Below, in pieces: positions 42,592 to 52,087 of a stretch of DNA of 64,000 bases. How positions within the stretch are numbered: the stretch's first letter is position 1; each line of letters starts with the position of its first letter. Source of the stretch: Gammaproteobacteria bacterium (GTDB lineage Bacteria > Pseudomonadota > Gammaproteobacteria > SZUA-140); the NCBI GenBank assembly GCA_020845975.1, contig JADLET010000084.1:2509-66508 (forward strand). Direction: 5' to 3'. Under the pieces are notes generated by a model, which was not told the origin of the DNA, did not search any database, and saw only the letters and a program-made list of their open reading frames with translations. The position numbers and the translations under genes are program-made.

Positions 42592-44381
42592 ATCACCCCC
42601 TGGTCGCCGGCCAGCACCGGACGCGCATGCGATTCGGCCACAGTACTCACGGGGACATCCGCATCACGACTGCTTGCCTGACCGGGGCGGCCCGCGTCCG
42701 CACGCCATTGGCGAGGCAGCTCATCCGGCAGTGTACCCAGCATGCGCAGGGCGCCCGTCATGACACGCGAAAACACGGGGGCCGCCACGAGCCCGCCATA
42801 ATATTCATCCCCCTGCGGATCATTGATCATGACGACCATGGCAAGGCGGGGGTTGCTCGCCGGCGCGAGCCCGGCGAACACCGCGACATAATGTTTATCC
42901 GAATAACCCTCGGACCCCAGTTTCTGCACTGTGCCCGTCTTGCCCGCGACACGATAACCCGCCACCTTGGCGAGATTGGCTGTGCCTTGTTCCGAGACCA
43001 CGGTCTCCATCATGCGGGTAATCTCGGCCGCGGTCCGCTCGCTCATGATCTCCCGCGTCTCGACCGAGCCCGTGACCGGAACAAAGGAAACTGGCTTCAA
43101 CCGCCCTTTGTCACCGAGCACCGTGTAGGCCAGCCCCAGTTGCAGCGGGGTGACCGAAAGTCCGTAACCGAAGGACAGCGTGGCCCGCTCGATCTCCTTC
43201 CAGCCGCGATAGTCGGCCAGCAGGCCGGTAACCTCACCGGGGAAGCCGCCCCCGGTCGGCTGCCCGAAGCCCACCCCGGAAAACATCTTCCACATCTGCG
43301 CCGGCTCAATGGCGAGCGCGATCTTGCTCACGCCCACGTTGCTGGATTTCTCAATGACCGTGGTGACGTCTATATAGCCATAGTTGGAAGCGTCCCGTAC
43401 CAGATGCCGGCCAATCTTGTAATAACCCGGGGTGGTATCAATATACGTGCCGGGCCGGTACCTGCCGGTCTCCAGGGCCGCGGCAACAGTGAACGGTTTG
43501 ACCGTAGATCCCGGTTCGAACAGATCGGTGACGGCGCGGTTGCGCAGCAGTTCACCACGCATGCCTTCGCGGTTGTTCGGGTTGTAGGATGGCAGGTTGG
43601 CCATTGCCAGGACCTCGCCCGTCGCCACATCGAGCACGACCGCAGAGCCGGAATGCGCATGATGGAGCTGCACCGCGGCCTTCAGCTCACGGTAGGCGAG
43701 ATACTGGATACGATTGTCGATGCTGAGGGCGAGATCCTTGCCCGGATCAGGCTCCTTGATGCCGGCCACGTTCTCGACCACGCGCCCCAGACGGTCCTTC
43801 AGCACCCACTTCGACCCCGAGTCTCCACGCAGCCAATTGTCATAGGCAAGCTCCATGCCTTCCTGTCCGGCGTCATCGACGTTGGTGACGCCCACCAAAT
43901 GGGCCGCCACCTCGCCCAGCGGGTAATAACGACGGTACTCGCGCTGGAGTGAAATCCCGGGGATCTCCAGCGCCATTACCCGCTGCGCCAGCTCCGGGTC
44001 GATACGCCGCTTGAGATAGACGAATTCACGATCGGCGCGCTGCATGATGCGGTCGCGCAACTCCGCCACATCCATGCCGAGCAGGCGCGCCAGCGGACGC
44101 CAGCCCTCACGATCGAGTTTGAGTTCCTTCGGATTGGCCCACACCGAGTCCACAGGCGTGCTGATCGCAAGCGGTTCGCCGCTGCGGTCGGTGATCATTC
44201 CGCGATGCGCCGGCAGTGCGAGCGCGCGCAGATGGCGGGCATCGCCCTGATCCTGCAGAAACTCCCTGTTCATCACTTGCAGGTTGACCGCGCGCCAGAC
44301 GAGTGCGAGCACGATGGCGCCGAGCAACAGCACCAACGCGATCAGGCGCATCGGATAGGCCATAGGCGCGCTGCGGCTCAT
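42588..44381 (-). CDS. ftsI: Peptidoglycan D,D-transpeptidase FtsI (PBP3)
   Basis: N-terminal TM and dimerisation domain plus transpeptidase domain (STVKP, SSN, KTG). Confidence 0.95.
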   Translation of the reverse strand: MSRSAPMAYPMRLIALVLLLGAIVLALVWRAVNLQVMNREFLQDQGDARHLRALALPAHRGMITDRSGEPLAISTPVDSVWANPKELKLDREGWRPLARLLGMDVAELRDRIMQRADREFVYLKRRIDPELAQRVMALEIPGISLQREYRRYYPLGEVAAHLVGVTNVDDAGQEGMELAYDNWLRGDSGSKWVLKDRLGRVVENVAGIKEPDPGKDLALSIDNRIQYLAYRELKAAVQLHHAHSGSAVVLDVATGEVLAMANLPSYNPNNREGMRGELLRNRAVTDLFEPGSTVKPFTVAAALETGRYRPGTYIDTTPGYYKIGRHLVRDASNYGYIDVTTVIEKSSNVGVSKIALAIEPAQMWKMFSGVGFGQPTGGGFPGEVTGLLADYRGWKEIERATLSFGYGLSVTPLQLGLAYTVLGDKGRLKPVSFVPVTGSVETREIMSERTAAEITRMMETVVSEQGTANLAKVAGYRVAGKTGTVQKLGSEGYSDKHYVAVFAGLAPASNPRLAMVVMINDPQGDEYYGGLVAAPVFSRVMTGALRMLGTLPDELPRQWRADAGRPGQASSRDADVPVSTVAESHARPVLAGDQGVM

Positions 44382-44650
44382 GGCGCCAGGATCACGATGG
44401 TGTCGGCAGGCGGCACCGTCATTCCCAGCCGCTGGCGCGCGATCAGCTCAACACGGGTCGGTGTAGCCCAGGTTGCCTGCTCGAGCATCAGTTGTCCCCA
44501 CTCGATGTTCAGGTTATCCCGCTGCCCCTTCAATGCCTCCAGCTCCACGAACAGCTGGCGGCTGCGATGTTTGGTGTAGACGGCGCCCAGGGCCGACGCC
44601 AGGACGGCTACGGCCAGCAACGCGATCAAGCCCTGCCGGATACGCGTCAT
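44378..44650 (-). CDS. ftsL: Cell division protein FtsL
   Basis: 90-aa bitopic protein with TM and leucine-zipper-like region, between rsmH and ftsI. Confidence 0.85.
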   Translation of the reverse strand: MTRIRQGLIALLAVAVLASALGAVYTKHRSRQLFVELEALKGQRDNLNIEWGQLMLEQATWATPTRVELIARQRLGMTVPPADTIVILAP

Positions 44651-45588
44651 TGCAGTCGTTCCGCCACCCGCAACACCGCGCTGCGCGCGCGCGGATTTTC
44701 CGCCACTTCCTCCGCGCCGGGATGAATGGCGCCAGCCACCGGCCGCAGACGCGGCTGGAGCATGGCCTCCGGCACCGGCAGCCCGACCGGGTAGGGATCG
44801 CCGCGCGACTCATCACGAATGAACCGCTTCACCATGCGATCCTCGAGCGAATGAAAGCTGATGACCGCGAGCCGGCCGCCGGGAGCGAGCAGCGGGATCA
44901 ACCGGTCGAGGCACTGGCGCAGATCCTCAAGTTCGTGATTGACCTGGATCCGGATGGCCTGGAATGTGCGCGTAGCAGGATCCTTGCCCGGCTCCCACGC
45001 GGGATTGGCCGCTGCGACGATCGCGCTCAGCCGGCCGGTGGTATCGATCGGATGGAGGCGACGCTCCGCGAGGATCGCGCGCGCAATGCGCGCCGCGAAA
45101 CGTTCTTCACCGTATTCACGCAAGACCCGGATGAGTTCCTGCTCGGACACGCGCGCGAGCCACTCGGCAGCACTCTCGCCGGAGGCGGGATCCATGCGCA
45201 TGTCGAGCGGTCCATCATGGCGAAAGCTGAAGCCACGGCGGGGGTCGTCGATCTGGGCGGAGGAAACCCCCAGATCCATCAGGATGCCGGTCACCCGGCC
45301 GCCCACTCCCCGCTCTTCCGCAGCCTTGGCCGCGCCGGCGTAGGAGCCCTGGATTATTGTCACGCGATGATCCTGGCCAAGCCGTTCCCGCGCCACCCGG
45401 ATCGCCGCGGGATCCTTGTCCATGACGAGCAGGCGACCACCCGCATCCAAACGCGCAAGGATTGCGGAAGCATGCCCACCCCGCCCGAAAGTCAGATCCA
45501 TGTACACCCCGTCGGATATGACAGCCAGGGCGTCGATCACCTCGGCAAGCAATACCGGCCGATGCGAGTACTCGTCTACCGCCGCCAT
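44647..45588 (-). CDS. rsmH: 16S rRNA m4C1402 methyltransferase RsmH (MraW)
   Basis: HRPVLLAEVIDAL...DLTFGRGGHA. Start placed at the ATG right after the mraZ stop; the ORF-track start would overlap mraZ by 95 nt. Confidence 0.9.
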   Translation of the reverse strand: MAAVDEYSHRPVLLAEVIDALAVISDGVYMDLTFGRGGHASAILARLDAGGRLLVMDKDPAAIRVARERLGQDHRVTIIQGSYAGAAKAAEERGVGGRVTGILMDLGVSSAQIDDPRRGFSFRHDGPLDMRMDPASGESAAEWLARVSEQELIRVLREYGEERFAARIARAILAERRLHPIDTTGRLSAIVAAANPAWEPGKDPATRTFQAIRIQVNHELEDLRQCLDRLIPLLAPGGRLAVISFHSLEDRMVKRFIRDESRGDPYPVGLPVPEAMLQPRLRPVAGAIHPGAEEVAENPRARSAVLRVAERLQ

Positions 45589-45589
45589 G

Positions 45590-46066
45590 TCATAGGGAGA
45601 ACGATCGCAATTGCTCCGACAGAGGTTGCTCATGTTCGTTACGGGCCAATAGTTTCGCGCGAAATTCATCCCAGGTTTGCTCATCCCACAGCTCGAACTT
45701 GTTGCCCTGACCGATCAGACAAATGCGCTTTTCCAGCCGTGCCACGCCGCGCAGCGCTGGCGGCAGCAGGATGCGACCATGACCGTCCATCTCACAGTCG
45801 GAGGCGTACCCGAGCAACAGGCGCTGCAACTGCCGGGTCTGCAGATCAAGATTCGGCAGGCTGATCAGGGCCTGCTGGATCTTTTCCCACTCCGGAAGCG
45901 GATACAGCAGCAGACAGGGGTCACTGTCGACCGTGATCACAACCCGTCCCTGACAGTATTCCGACAGGATCGAGCGGTACCTGGTCGGGATGACGATCCG
46001 GCCCTTGGCATCCAGACTCAATACGTTGACCCCGCGAAACGAGCCAGGCTCCCTCTCCGCGCCCAT
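45590..46066 (-). CDS. mraZ: Transcriptional regulator MraZ
   Basis: FRGVNVLSLDAKGRIVIPTRYR duplicated-SpoVT/AbrB pattern, as in E. coli MFRGATLVNLDSKGR. Confidence 0.9.
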   Translation of the reverse strand: MGAEREPGSFRGVNVLSLDAKGRIVIPTRYRSILSEYCQGRVVITVDSDPCLLLYPLPEWEKIQQALISLPNLDLQTRQLQRLLLGYASDCEMDGHGRILLPPALRGVARLEKRICLIGQGNKFELWDEQTWDEFRAKLLARNEHEQPLSEQLRSFSL

Positions 46067-46068
46067 AT

Positions 46069-46093
46069 TCCACCACGCCCCACAATTTCCCAC
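46069..46093 (-). promoter_or_regulatory. MraZ operator: three direct GTGG(G/A) repeats at 10-bp periodicity in the mraZ 5' UTR
   Basis: Minus strand reads GTGGGaaattGTGGGgcgtgGTGGAat-ATG. This matches the described MraZ binding-repeat architecture (TGGGN x3 with 5-nt spacers). Confidence 0.55.
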
Positions 46094-46101
46094 TTCGTGA
46101 C

Positions 46102-46129
46102 ACTATATACCGCGCAAATCCACTGTCAA
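46102..46129 (-). promoter_or_regulatory. Pmra: near-consensus sigma70 promoter for the dcw cluster (-35 TTGACA, 16-nt spacer, -10 TATAGT)
   Basis: Minus strand reads cTTGACAgtggatttgcgcggtaTATAGTgtcacg. The transcript would start just upstream of the MraZ repeats. Confidence 0.6.
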
Positions 46130-46401
46130 GCCGAAAACATCCCCTCGGATTAACAATTTTCTCTCTATCTCACAGTAACTTAGAGAAGTGGATGGATAGC
46201 CGCGGAGGACCATCATCCAGTGAAAACATGACAAATCATTGAGTTGCCCAGAAATCGTGCAGTGCTTTCTAAGCAAAGGGACTCTGGACCGCCATCAAGT
46301 CAGTCAATAGCAGGTGCTGGAGGGGGCAAAAGAGGTCAGGACAACAACGCCAGGCAGCCACGGAATCACAGACCGCGGGTAACGGCGTCACATATAAAAA
46401 T

Positions 46402-46768
46402 TGAGGTGGGAGCCGGCCTGTAAGCCGGGTTCTGTCGTGGACAGTCATTCATCTGGGACACGCGTTACCGCGCGCCTCAAGCGACCTACCCGGGAACAGT
46501 GCGGGCCGCACCAATGTTCCCCTATTTGGTCTTGCTCCGGATGGGGTTTACACTGCCACTGGTGTTACCACCAGCGCGGTGCGCTCTTACCGCACCATTT
46601 CACCCTTACCCGCCACCTCACGGCGGCAGGCGGTATATTTTCTGTTGCACTGGCCGTCGGCTCACGCCGCCCAGGCGTTACCTGGCATCCCGCCCTATGG
46701 AGCCCGGACTTTCCTCCTCCTCCTGCCGCTTGAGGCGACAGGGAAAGCGACTGTCCGGCCGACTCCCG
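46402..46768 (-). ncRNA. rnpB: RNase P RNA (bacterial type A, M1 RNA homologue)
   Basis: The reverse complement contains the universally conserved blocks GGAAAGTCCGGGCTCCATAGGGC, AGGTAACGCCTGG, CAGTGCAACAGAAA, GGGTGAAA.GGTGCGGTAAGAGCGCACC and CCCGGGTAGG.CGCTTGAG, aligned to E. coli M1 RNA. P1 pairs GGAGTCGGCC with GGCCGGCTCC. Confidence 0.9.
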
Positions 46769-46773
46769 CGCCA

Positions 46774-46802
46774 AAGATACAGGTACAGGCGTGCGACCAC
46801 AA
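46774..46802 (-). promoter_or_regulatory. Putative rnpB promoter (-35 TTGTGG, 17-nt spacer, -10 TATCTT, 7 nt to the predicted +1)
   Basis: Spacing places the TSS at the predicted P1 5' end (~46766). Confidence 0.35.
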
Positions 46803-46827
46803 GCTAGGCGTCGCGCGCCTTGCCGGG

Positions 46828-47673
46828 TCAGCCCCCCCGCAGGCGCAGGGCCGCCTCGTAGAGGCGGTTCCGGCTCAAGCCGGTCAGCTTCGCCGCCAGC
46901 GCCACCGCCTGCTTGAGTGGCAGCTCCTCCAGCAGTAACTTCAGGACATCATCGGTCTGCTGCGCGTCATCCTCGCCAACTGTCTCCGCACCACGCACCA
47001 CGATAACGATCTCGCCCTTCTGCTGCATGGGATCATCGCGAACCCAGTCGAGCAGCGCCCCCAGACGAGTCAGATGCGAGGTTTCATAGAGCTTTGACAG
47101 CTCCCGCACGTAGGTCGCCTCCCGGTTCGCGCCGAACACCTGCGTCATCGCTTCCAGCGTATCGATCACGCGATGCGGGGCCTCGAAAAACACCAGGGTC
47201 CGGCTTTCATGACGCAGGGATTCCAGCCTGTGCTGGCGCGCCGCCGACCTGGATGGCAGGAATCCCTCGAACACAAAACGCTCGGCCGATTGTCCGGAGA
47301 TGGACAAGGCCGCGATCGCCGCGCTCGGACCGGGGATCGACACCACACGGCAATGGGCCTCGTGGGCCGCGCGAACCAGGCGATAGCCGGGATCGCTTAC
47401 AACCGGGGTGCCGGCATCGCTCACCAGGGCAAGCGCCTGACCCGCGCGCATACGCTCGATCAGCTGCTCCACCTGGGCGCGCTCATTGTGCTCGTGTAGC
47501 GCAACGACGGTCTTTTCGATGCCGAAGTGGCGCAGCAACTGCCGGCTGTGGCGGGTATCCTCGGCCGCGATCATGTCTACGCCGGACAGGACCTCGAGCG
47601 CGCGCGGGCTCATGTCGCCGAGATTGCCAATGGGCGTTGCCACCACATACAGCGCGCCTTCAACAAGTGACAC
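46828..47673 (-). CDS. rsmI: 16S rRNA 2'-O-ribose C1402 methyltransferase RsmI
   Basis: LYVVATPIGNLGDMSPRALEVL tetrapyrrole-methylase-like N-terminus. Divergent from lpoA as in E. coli yraL-yraM. Confidence 0.9.
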   Translation of the reverse strand: MSLVEGALYVVATPIGNLGDMSPRALEVLSGVDMIAAEDTRHSRQLLRHFGIEKTVVALHEHNERAQVEQLIERMRAGQALALVSDAGTPVVSDPGYRLVRAAHEAHCRVVSIPGPSAAIAALSISGQSAERFVFEGFLPSRSAARQHRLESLRHESRTLVFFEAPHRVIDTLEAMTQVFGANREATYVRELSKLYETSHLTRLGALLDWVRDDPMQQKGEIVIVVRGAETVGEDDAQQTDDVLKLLLEELPLKQAVALAAKLTGLSRNRLYEAALRLRGG

Positions 47674-47733
47674 TATCCGTCCTCATCGAGATACTGGAGA
47701 CCCCTATACGTCCGAACCGCCACGCAGATCGCA

Positions 47734-49599
47734 ATGCGCCGACCTCCCACCCTGCACCGCCTCGCACCCGCGATCATAGCACTCGTGATCACCGGATGCG
47801 CCCTGGATGCGCAGAAGAGCGGTATCCGCTCGAGCGAACACGAGGCGCTGCAACGGGCTCAACGCGCTGAACAGAGCGGCGACTATGAAACAGCTGCGCG
47901 GGAATACACCGCGCTCGCGGCGCAGTTCTCGGAACTGAAGCGCCCGGCCTATATGCTGCGCGCGGCCGGGATATTACTGCGTGGCAATCACATAGATCAG
48001 GCCCGCCGGGTGCTCGCCGGGATCGACATTGGCACGCTCAATCCCCATCAACGCGTGCAACACAGGGTTGTCGCGGCGCGCATCGCGCTGGCGGACAACA
48101 AGCCGCAGGCGGCGCTGGATCTCCTGCGGGAAGACCCTCCCGCCGACACCCCTGCCGCGGTGCGATCCGATCTGCACGAACTGCGCGCCGATGGCTACCA
48201 GCGTCTGGGCAAGCTGGTCGAATCCGCCTATCAACGTGTCCTGCGCGAATCCTTCATCGATACCTCCGAACAGGAAGCCCTGGACCGCAACCGGCAGACC
48301 ATCTGGCAGACACTCCTCCGCCTGCCCGCAGAAAGCCTGACGAAGATCAGAACCGAAGCGGCACCGGACGCGTTCAGCGGATGGGTGCAATTGGCCAGGA
48401 TCGCCAAAGCACCCTCCCCGGACGATATCGCCACGCAGATCGACCGCTGGCGCACGCTCTACCCGGAGCATCCCGCCGCGCCGGAAATCGTCGACCTGGT
48501 GCTGGCGCGCGGACAACAGCAAGTTCAGCGCCCTACCCGGATTGCCTTGCTGCTGCCACTGAGCAGCGGGATAAAAGAACTCGCACAGGCGCTGCGCGAC
48601 GGTTTTTTCGCCGCACACTACCAGCGCGGAAATACGGACTACACGCCGGTCATCCGCGTCTACGACTCTGGCCAAGAGCCGGATTCCGCCGCCGCTGCCT
48701 ACAGTCAGGCGGTCGCAGACGGCAGCGACTTCGTTGTCGGCCCGCTGATCAAGCAGTCCGTAAACCGTATCGCCCGCAACGGACGTCTCCCGGTCCCTTC
48801 CCTGACCCTGAATTACAGCGACACGGAGCGCCTGGCGAGCGACCATCTCTACCAGTTCGGTCTGGCACCGGAAGATGAGGCGCGCCAGGTGTCGGAGCGG
48901 GCCTGGCTCGACGGGCACAACCACGCCCTCGCCATTGCGCCCGAAGGCGAATGGGGAGACCGGGTACTGCAATCCTTCACCGACGACTGGACACAACACG
49001 GCGGTGTGTTACTCGAGACACAGCGCTATCCGGCGGACAACAACGATTTTTCCGCCCAGATCGAACCCCTGCTCGACCTGGACGAAAGCATGCGCCGACG
49101 CCAGGCCCTGGAAAAGGTCCTGCAATCGACGGTGAAGTTCGAGCCGCGGCGACGCCAGGATGCGGATGTCATTTTCATGGCGGCCTTCCCGCGCCAGGGC
49201 CGCCTGATTCGTCCTCAGCTTAAATTTCACTATGCCGGCGATCTGCCCGTATACAGCACCTCGCACGTGTTTTCCGGCGTACGCAATCAGAACGCGGACC
49301 GCGACATGGACGATGTAATCTTCTGCGACATCCCCTGGGTGCTCACCGAAGACAGCGGTAACGCCCTCAAGGCCCGAGTCGCCCGGCTCTGGCCCGAGAG
49401 CTTCCAGCAATACACCCGCTTCTATGCCCTGGGCATCGATGCCTACAATATCATTCCGTATCTCAACAACCTCAGACAGTTCCGTTACGAGCAATACAGC
49501 GGGGAGACGGGCCTGCTCCAGCTCGGCGATACCAATCGCGTGTTCCGGCAGCTGCAGTGGGCGCGCTTCAGCAACGGGCTGCCGCGGCCCTACAATTAG
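47734..49599 (+). CDS. lpoA: Penicillin-binding protein activator LpoA (lipoprotein)
   Basis: Lipobox LVITGCALD, TPR-like N-terminus, periplasmic-binding-protein-like C-terminus. yraM position. Confidence 0.8.
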   Translation: MRRPPTLHRLAPAIIALVITGCALDAQKSGIRSSEHEALQRAQRAEQSGDYETAAREYTALAAQFSELKRPAYMLRAAGILLRGNHIDQARRVLAGIDIGTLNPHQRVQHRVVAARIALADNKPQAALDLLREDPPADTPAAVRSDLHELRADGYQRLGKLVESAYQRVLRESFIDTSEQEALDRNRQTIWQTLLRLPAESLTKIRTEAAPDAFSGWVQLARIAKAPSPDDIATQIDRWRTLYPEHPAAPEIVDLVLARGQQQVQRPTRIALLLPLSSGIKELAQALRDGFFAAHYQRGNTDYTPVIRVYDSGQEPDSAAAAYSQAVADGSDFVVGPLIKQSVNRIARNGRLPVPSLTLNYSDTERLASDHLYQFGLAPEDEARQVSERAWLDGHNHALAIAPEGEWGDRVLQSFTDDWTQHGGVLLETQRYPADNNDFSAQIEPLLDLDESMRRRQALEKVLQSTVKFEPRRRQDADVIFMAAFPRQGRLIRPQLKFHYAGDLPVYSTSHVFSGVRNQNADRDMDDVIFCDIPWVLTEDSGNALKARVARLWPESFQQYTRFYALGIDAYNIIPYLNNLRQFRYEQYSGETGLLQLGDTNRVFRQLQWARFSNGLPRPYN

Positions 49600-49604
49600 T
49601 CCCG

Positions 49605-49994
49605 ATGACACGCACCCGCATCGCTGGCGGCGGTTCCGATGCGCACGCGCTCGGACGCATGGCCGAGGAGACCGCCTGCCGCTTCCTGCTCAGCCGCGGG
49701 CTGACCCTGCTCGAACGCAATTTCCGCCATCGTCACCTGGAAATAGACCTGATCATGCAGGAAAAAACCTGTATCGTATTCGTCGAGGTACGTTGCCGCA
49801 GCAGCAACCGATTTGGCAGCGCGCTGGAAAGCGTGGACAGGAGAAAGCAGGAAAAGCTGATCGCCGCAGCCCAGCACTACCTGCTGAGCCACGCGCGCGC
49901 GGCAAAACATTCCGCCCGTTTCGATGTCATATCCGTCACACCTGATGCTCGCGAGGCGGACATCGAATGGATCAGGGACGCATTCGGCGCCTGA
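49605..49994 (+). CDS. yraN: UPF0102 family protein YraN (predicted endonuclease fold)
   Basis: ETACRFLLSRGLTLLERNFRHRHLEIDLIM...VFVEVRCR pattern as in E. coli YraN. Start at the ATG 6 nt after the lpoA stop. Confidence 0.8.
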   Translation: MTRTRIAGGGSDAHALGRMAEETACRFLLSRGLTLLERNFRHRHLEIDLIMQEKTCIVFVEVRCRSSNRFGSALESVDRRKQEKLIAAAQHYLLSHARAAKHSARFDVISVTPDAREADIEWIRDAFGA

Positions 49995-50033
49995 AGGACG
50001 CCACGGGATTCAAGTCAGGAGGATCGCATTACC

Positions 50034-50612
50034 ATGACACGCAACTGGTTGGCCCTGGCGCTGGCGGCGCTTGCCCTCGTCCCGTGCACCGGCTGTGTCG
50101 CGCCGGTACTGGTGGCCGGCGCGGCGGCAGGGGCCACTTTCGCCACCGACAAACGCACAACTGGCGCTGCGCTCGACGATCAGGCGATCGAATTGAAGGC
50201 CGGTGGGGAGATCAACTCGGACGACACGCTCAAGGATGCGCATATCTCCATCACCAGCTACAACCGCGTCGTCCTGCTGACCGGACAGATCCCGGCGGAG
50301 GAACTGCGAGGCCGGGTGATCGCCCACCTCAACACTGTCGACAAGGTGCGATCGATTCACGACGCCTTGGCCGTCGGTCCGGCCATCAGCATGAAACAGC
50401 GCGGCATCGACTCACTGACCACGGCCAAGGTGAAAAGCCGGTTGCTCGGCGAACAGGGCCTGCCCTCCGTCCATATCAAAGTGGTGACCGAAAACAACGT
50501 GGTCTATCTCATGGGCATGGCCAGGCGCAATGATGCCCAGTACGTCGCCCGCATCGTCCAGCAGGTCGATGGCGTCGACGGCGTCGTGCTCGTCATCGAG
50601 TATCTCGATTAA
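50034..50612 (+). CDS. dolP: BON-domain outer-membrane lipoprotein DolP (YraP)
   Basis: Lipobox LVPCTGC and two BON domains. Follows yraN; diaA is absent. Confidence 0.8.
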   Translation: MTRNWLALALAALALVPCTGCVAPVLVAGAAAGATFATDKRTTGAALDDQAIELKAGGEINSDDTLKDAHISITSYNRVVLLTGQIPAEELRGRVIAHLNTVDKVRSIHDALAVGPAISMKQRGIDSLTTAKVKSRLLGEQGLPSVHIKVVTENNVVYLMGMARRNDAQYVARIVQQVDGVDGVVLVIEYLD

Positions 50613-50620
50613 AGGGGACG

Positions 50621-52009
50621 ATGTCTCCGGAGTTCATCAGCGCACTGGCCCGGATCGTCGGGGACCGCAACGTCCTGCAGGATCCCGCCGATTGCTGGCC
50701 CTACGGCTATGACAACAGCCGTCGCCACCACCCGCCCGAGGCCGTCGCCTTCGCCACTGCCCATGAGCAGGTGCGCGACATCCTGCGCCTGTGCAATCAC
50801 GAGGGCGTCCCGATAGTGGCGCGCGGACGTGGCACCGGCACCACGGGAGCCACGGTGCCGACGCGCGGTGGCCTGGTGCTGTCGCTGGAACGCATGAACC
50901 GCATACTGCGTGTCGCACCCGAGGATCGCCTGATCGTGGTCGAGCCCGGCGTGACTAATCAGGAGGTGCAGGACGCCGCAGCCGCCGTCGGCTTTTTCTG
51001 GCCGCCGGACCCCACCAGCGCGGCCTTCTGCACCATCGGCGGCAATCTGGCATACAACTCGGCCGGACCGCGCAGCGTCAAGTACGGCACGCCGCGCGAG
51101 AACGCGCTTGGCCTGCGTGCTGTCACCGGCGCCGGCGCCGAAATCCGGACCGGGGTTTTTACCAGCAAGGGTGTAGTGGGCTATGACCTGACTCGGCTCC
51201 TGATCGGATCGGAAGGCACGCTCGCCGTGATCACCGAAGCGACCCTGAAGCTGACCCCGCTCGCCGAGGCGCGCCGAACCATGCAGGCCGTATACGATTC
51301 CATTCACGCGGCGGCGCAGGCCGTCTCACGCATCATGGCGCAGCCAGTCACGCCCTGCGCGCTCGAGTTCATCGATGCGCGCGCCATCGAAATGATCCGC
51401 GATTACTCCAGTGCTGAGCTACCCGCCGGGGCCGGGGCCATGCTGATGATCGAGACAGATGGACCCGCGGTAGCGATGGACGCCGCCGTCGACGCCATGA
51501 GGGCCGCCTGCACCCTTCCGGGCCTGGTCGCCTTCACGGCAGCGGCGAACCCGGCGGAGACAGCGGCGCTGTGGGCAACCCGCAAGGCGCTGTCTCCCGC
51601 CCTGCGCAAGGTGGCTCCCAAGAAAATCAACGAGGATGTGGTAGTGCCGGTGTCACGCATCCCGCAGCTCATCAGCGGCCTGGAGCAGCTATCCGCCGAG
51701 TTTGGCGTGACCATCGTCAATTTCGGCCATGCCGGCAACGGCAACATCCACGTCAACTTGCTCGTCGATCCGGATGATGCCCGCCAGATGGATCAGGCGC
51801 ATGCCTGCCTGTCGCGGGTATTCGATCTGGTGCTGGAACTCGACGGCACGCTTTCAGGTGAGCACGGCGTGGGCCTGGAGAAGCGCGATTACATCGGTCG
51901 TGAGATCGAACCGGCCACACTGGATCTCATGCGACGCCTGAAACGGGAATTCGATCCGCAAGGCATTCTCAATCCGGACAAGATGTTTCCCTTGATGGGT
52001 GATGGGTGA
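50621..52009 (+). CDS. FAD-linked oxidase (glycolate oxidase subunit GlcD / D-lactate dehydrogenase-like)
   Basis: FAD-binding PCMH domain (RGRGTGTTGA) and C-terminal FAD-oxidase_C domain. 462 aa. Confidence 0.75.
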   Translation: MSPEFISALARIVGDRNVLQDPADCWPYGYDNSRRHHPPEAVAFATAHEQVRDILRLCNHEGVPIVARGRGTGTTGATVPTRGGLVLSLERMNRILRVAPEDRLIVVEPGVTNQEVQDAAAAVGFFWPPDPTSAAFCTIGGNLAYNSAGPRSVKYGTPRENALGLRAVTGAGAEIRTGVFTSKGVVGYDLTRLLIGSEGTLAVITEATLKLTPLAEARRTMQAVYDSIHAAAQAVSRIMAQPVTPCALEFIDARAIEMIRDYSSAELPAGAGAMLMIETDGPAVAMDAAVDAMRAACTLPGLVAFTAAANPAETAALWATRKALSPALRKVAPKKINEDVVVPVSRIPQLISGLEQLSAEFGVTIVNFGHAGNGNIHVNLLVDPDDARQMDQAHACLSRVFDLVLELDGTLSGEHGVGLEKRDYIGREIEPATLDLMRRLKREFDPQGILNPDKMFPLMGDG

Positions 52010-52087
52010 TGGGTGATACAGAAAGTGGGGCCTGTCCATTGAGAATCAGTCAATACCCCGGTTACTCTCTATTTTTACGCATTCCCC

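Noticed and set aside
46401-46938. Three ORFs (110, 102, 119 aa) predicted across the rsmI-mraZ gap
   Set aside because: They overlap the RNase P RNA gene, whose conserved blocks are all present. There is no coding signal.
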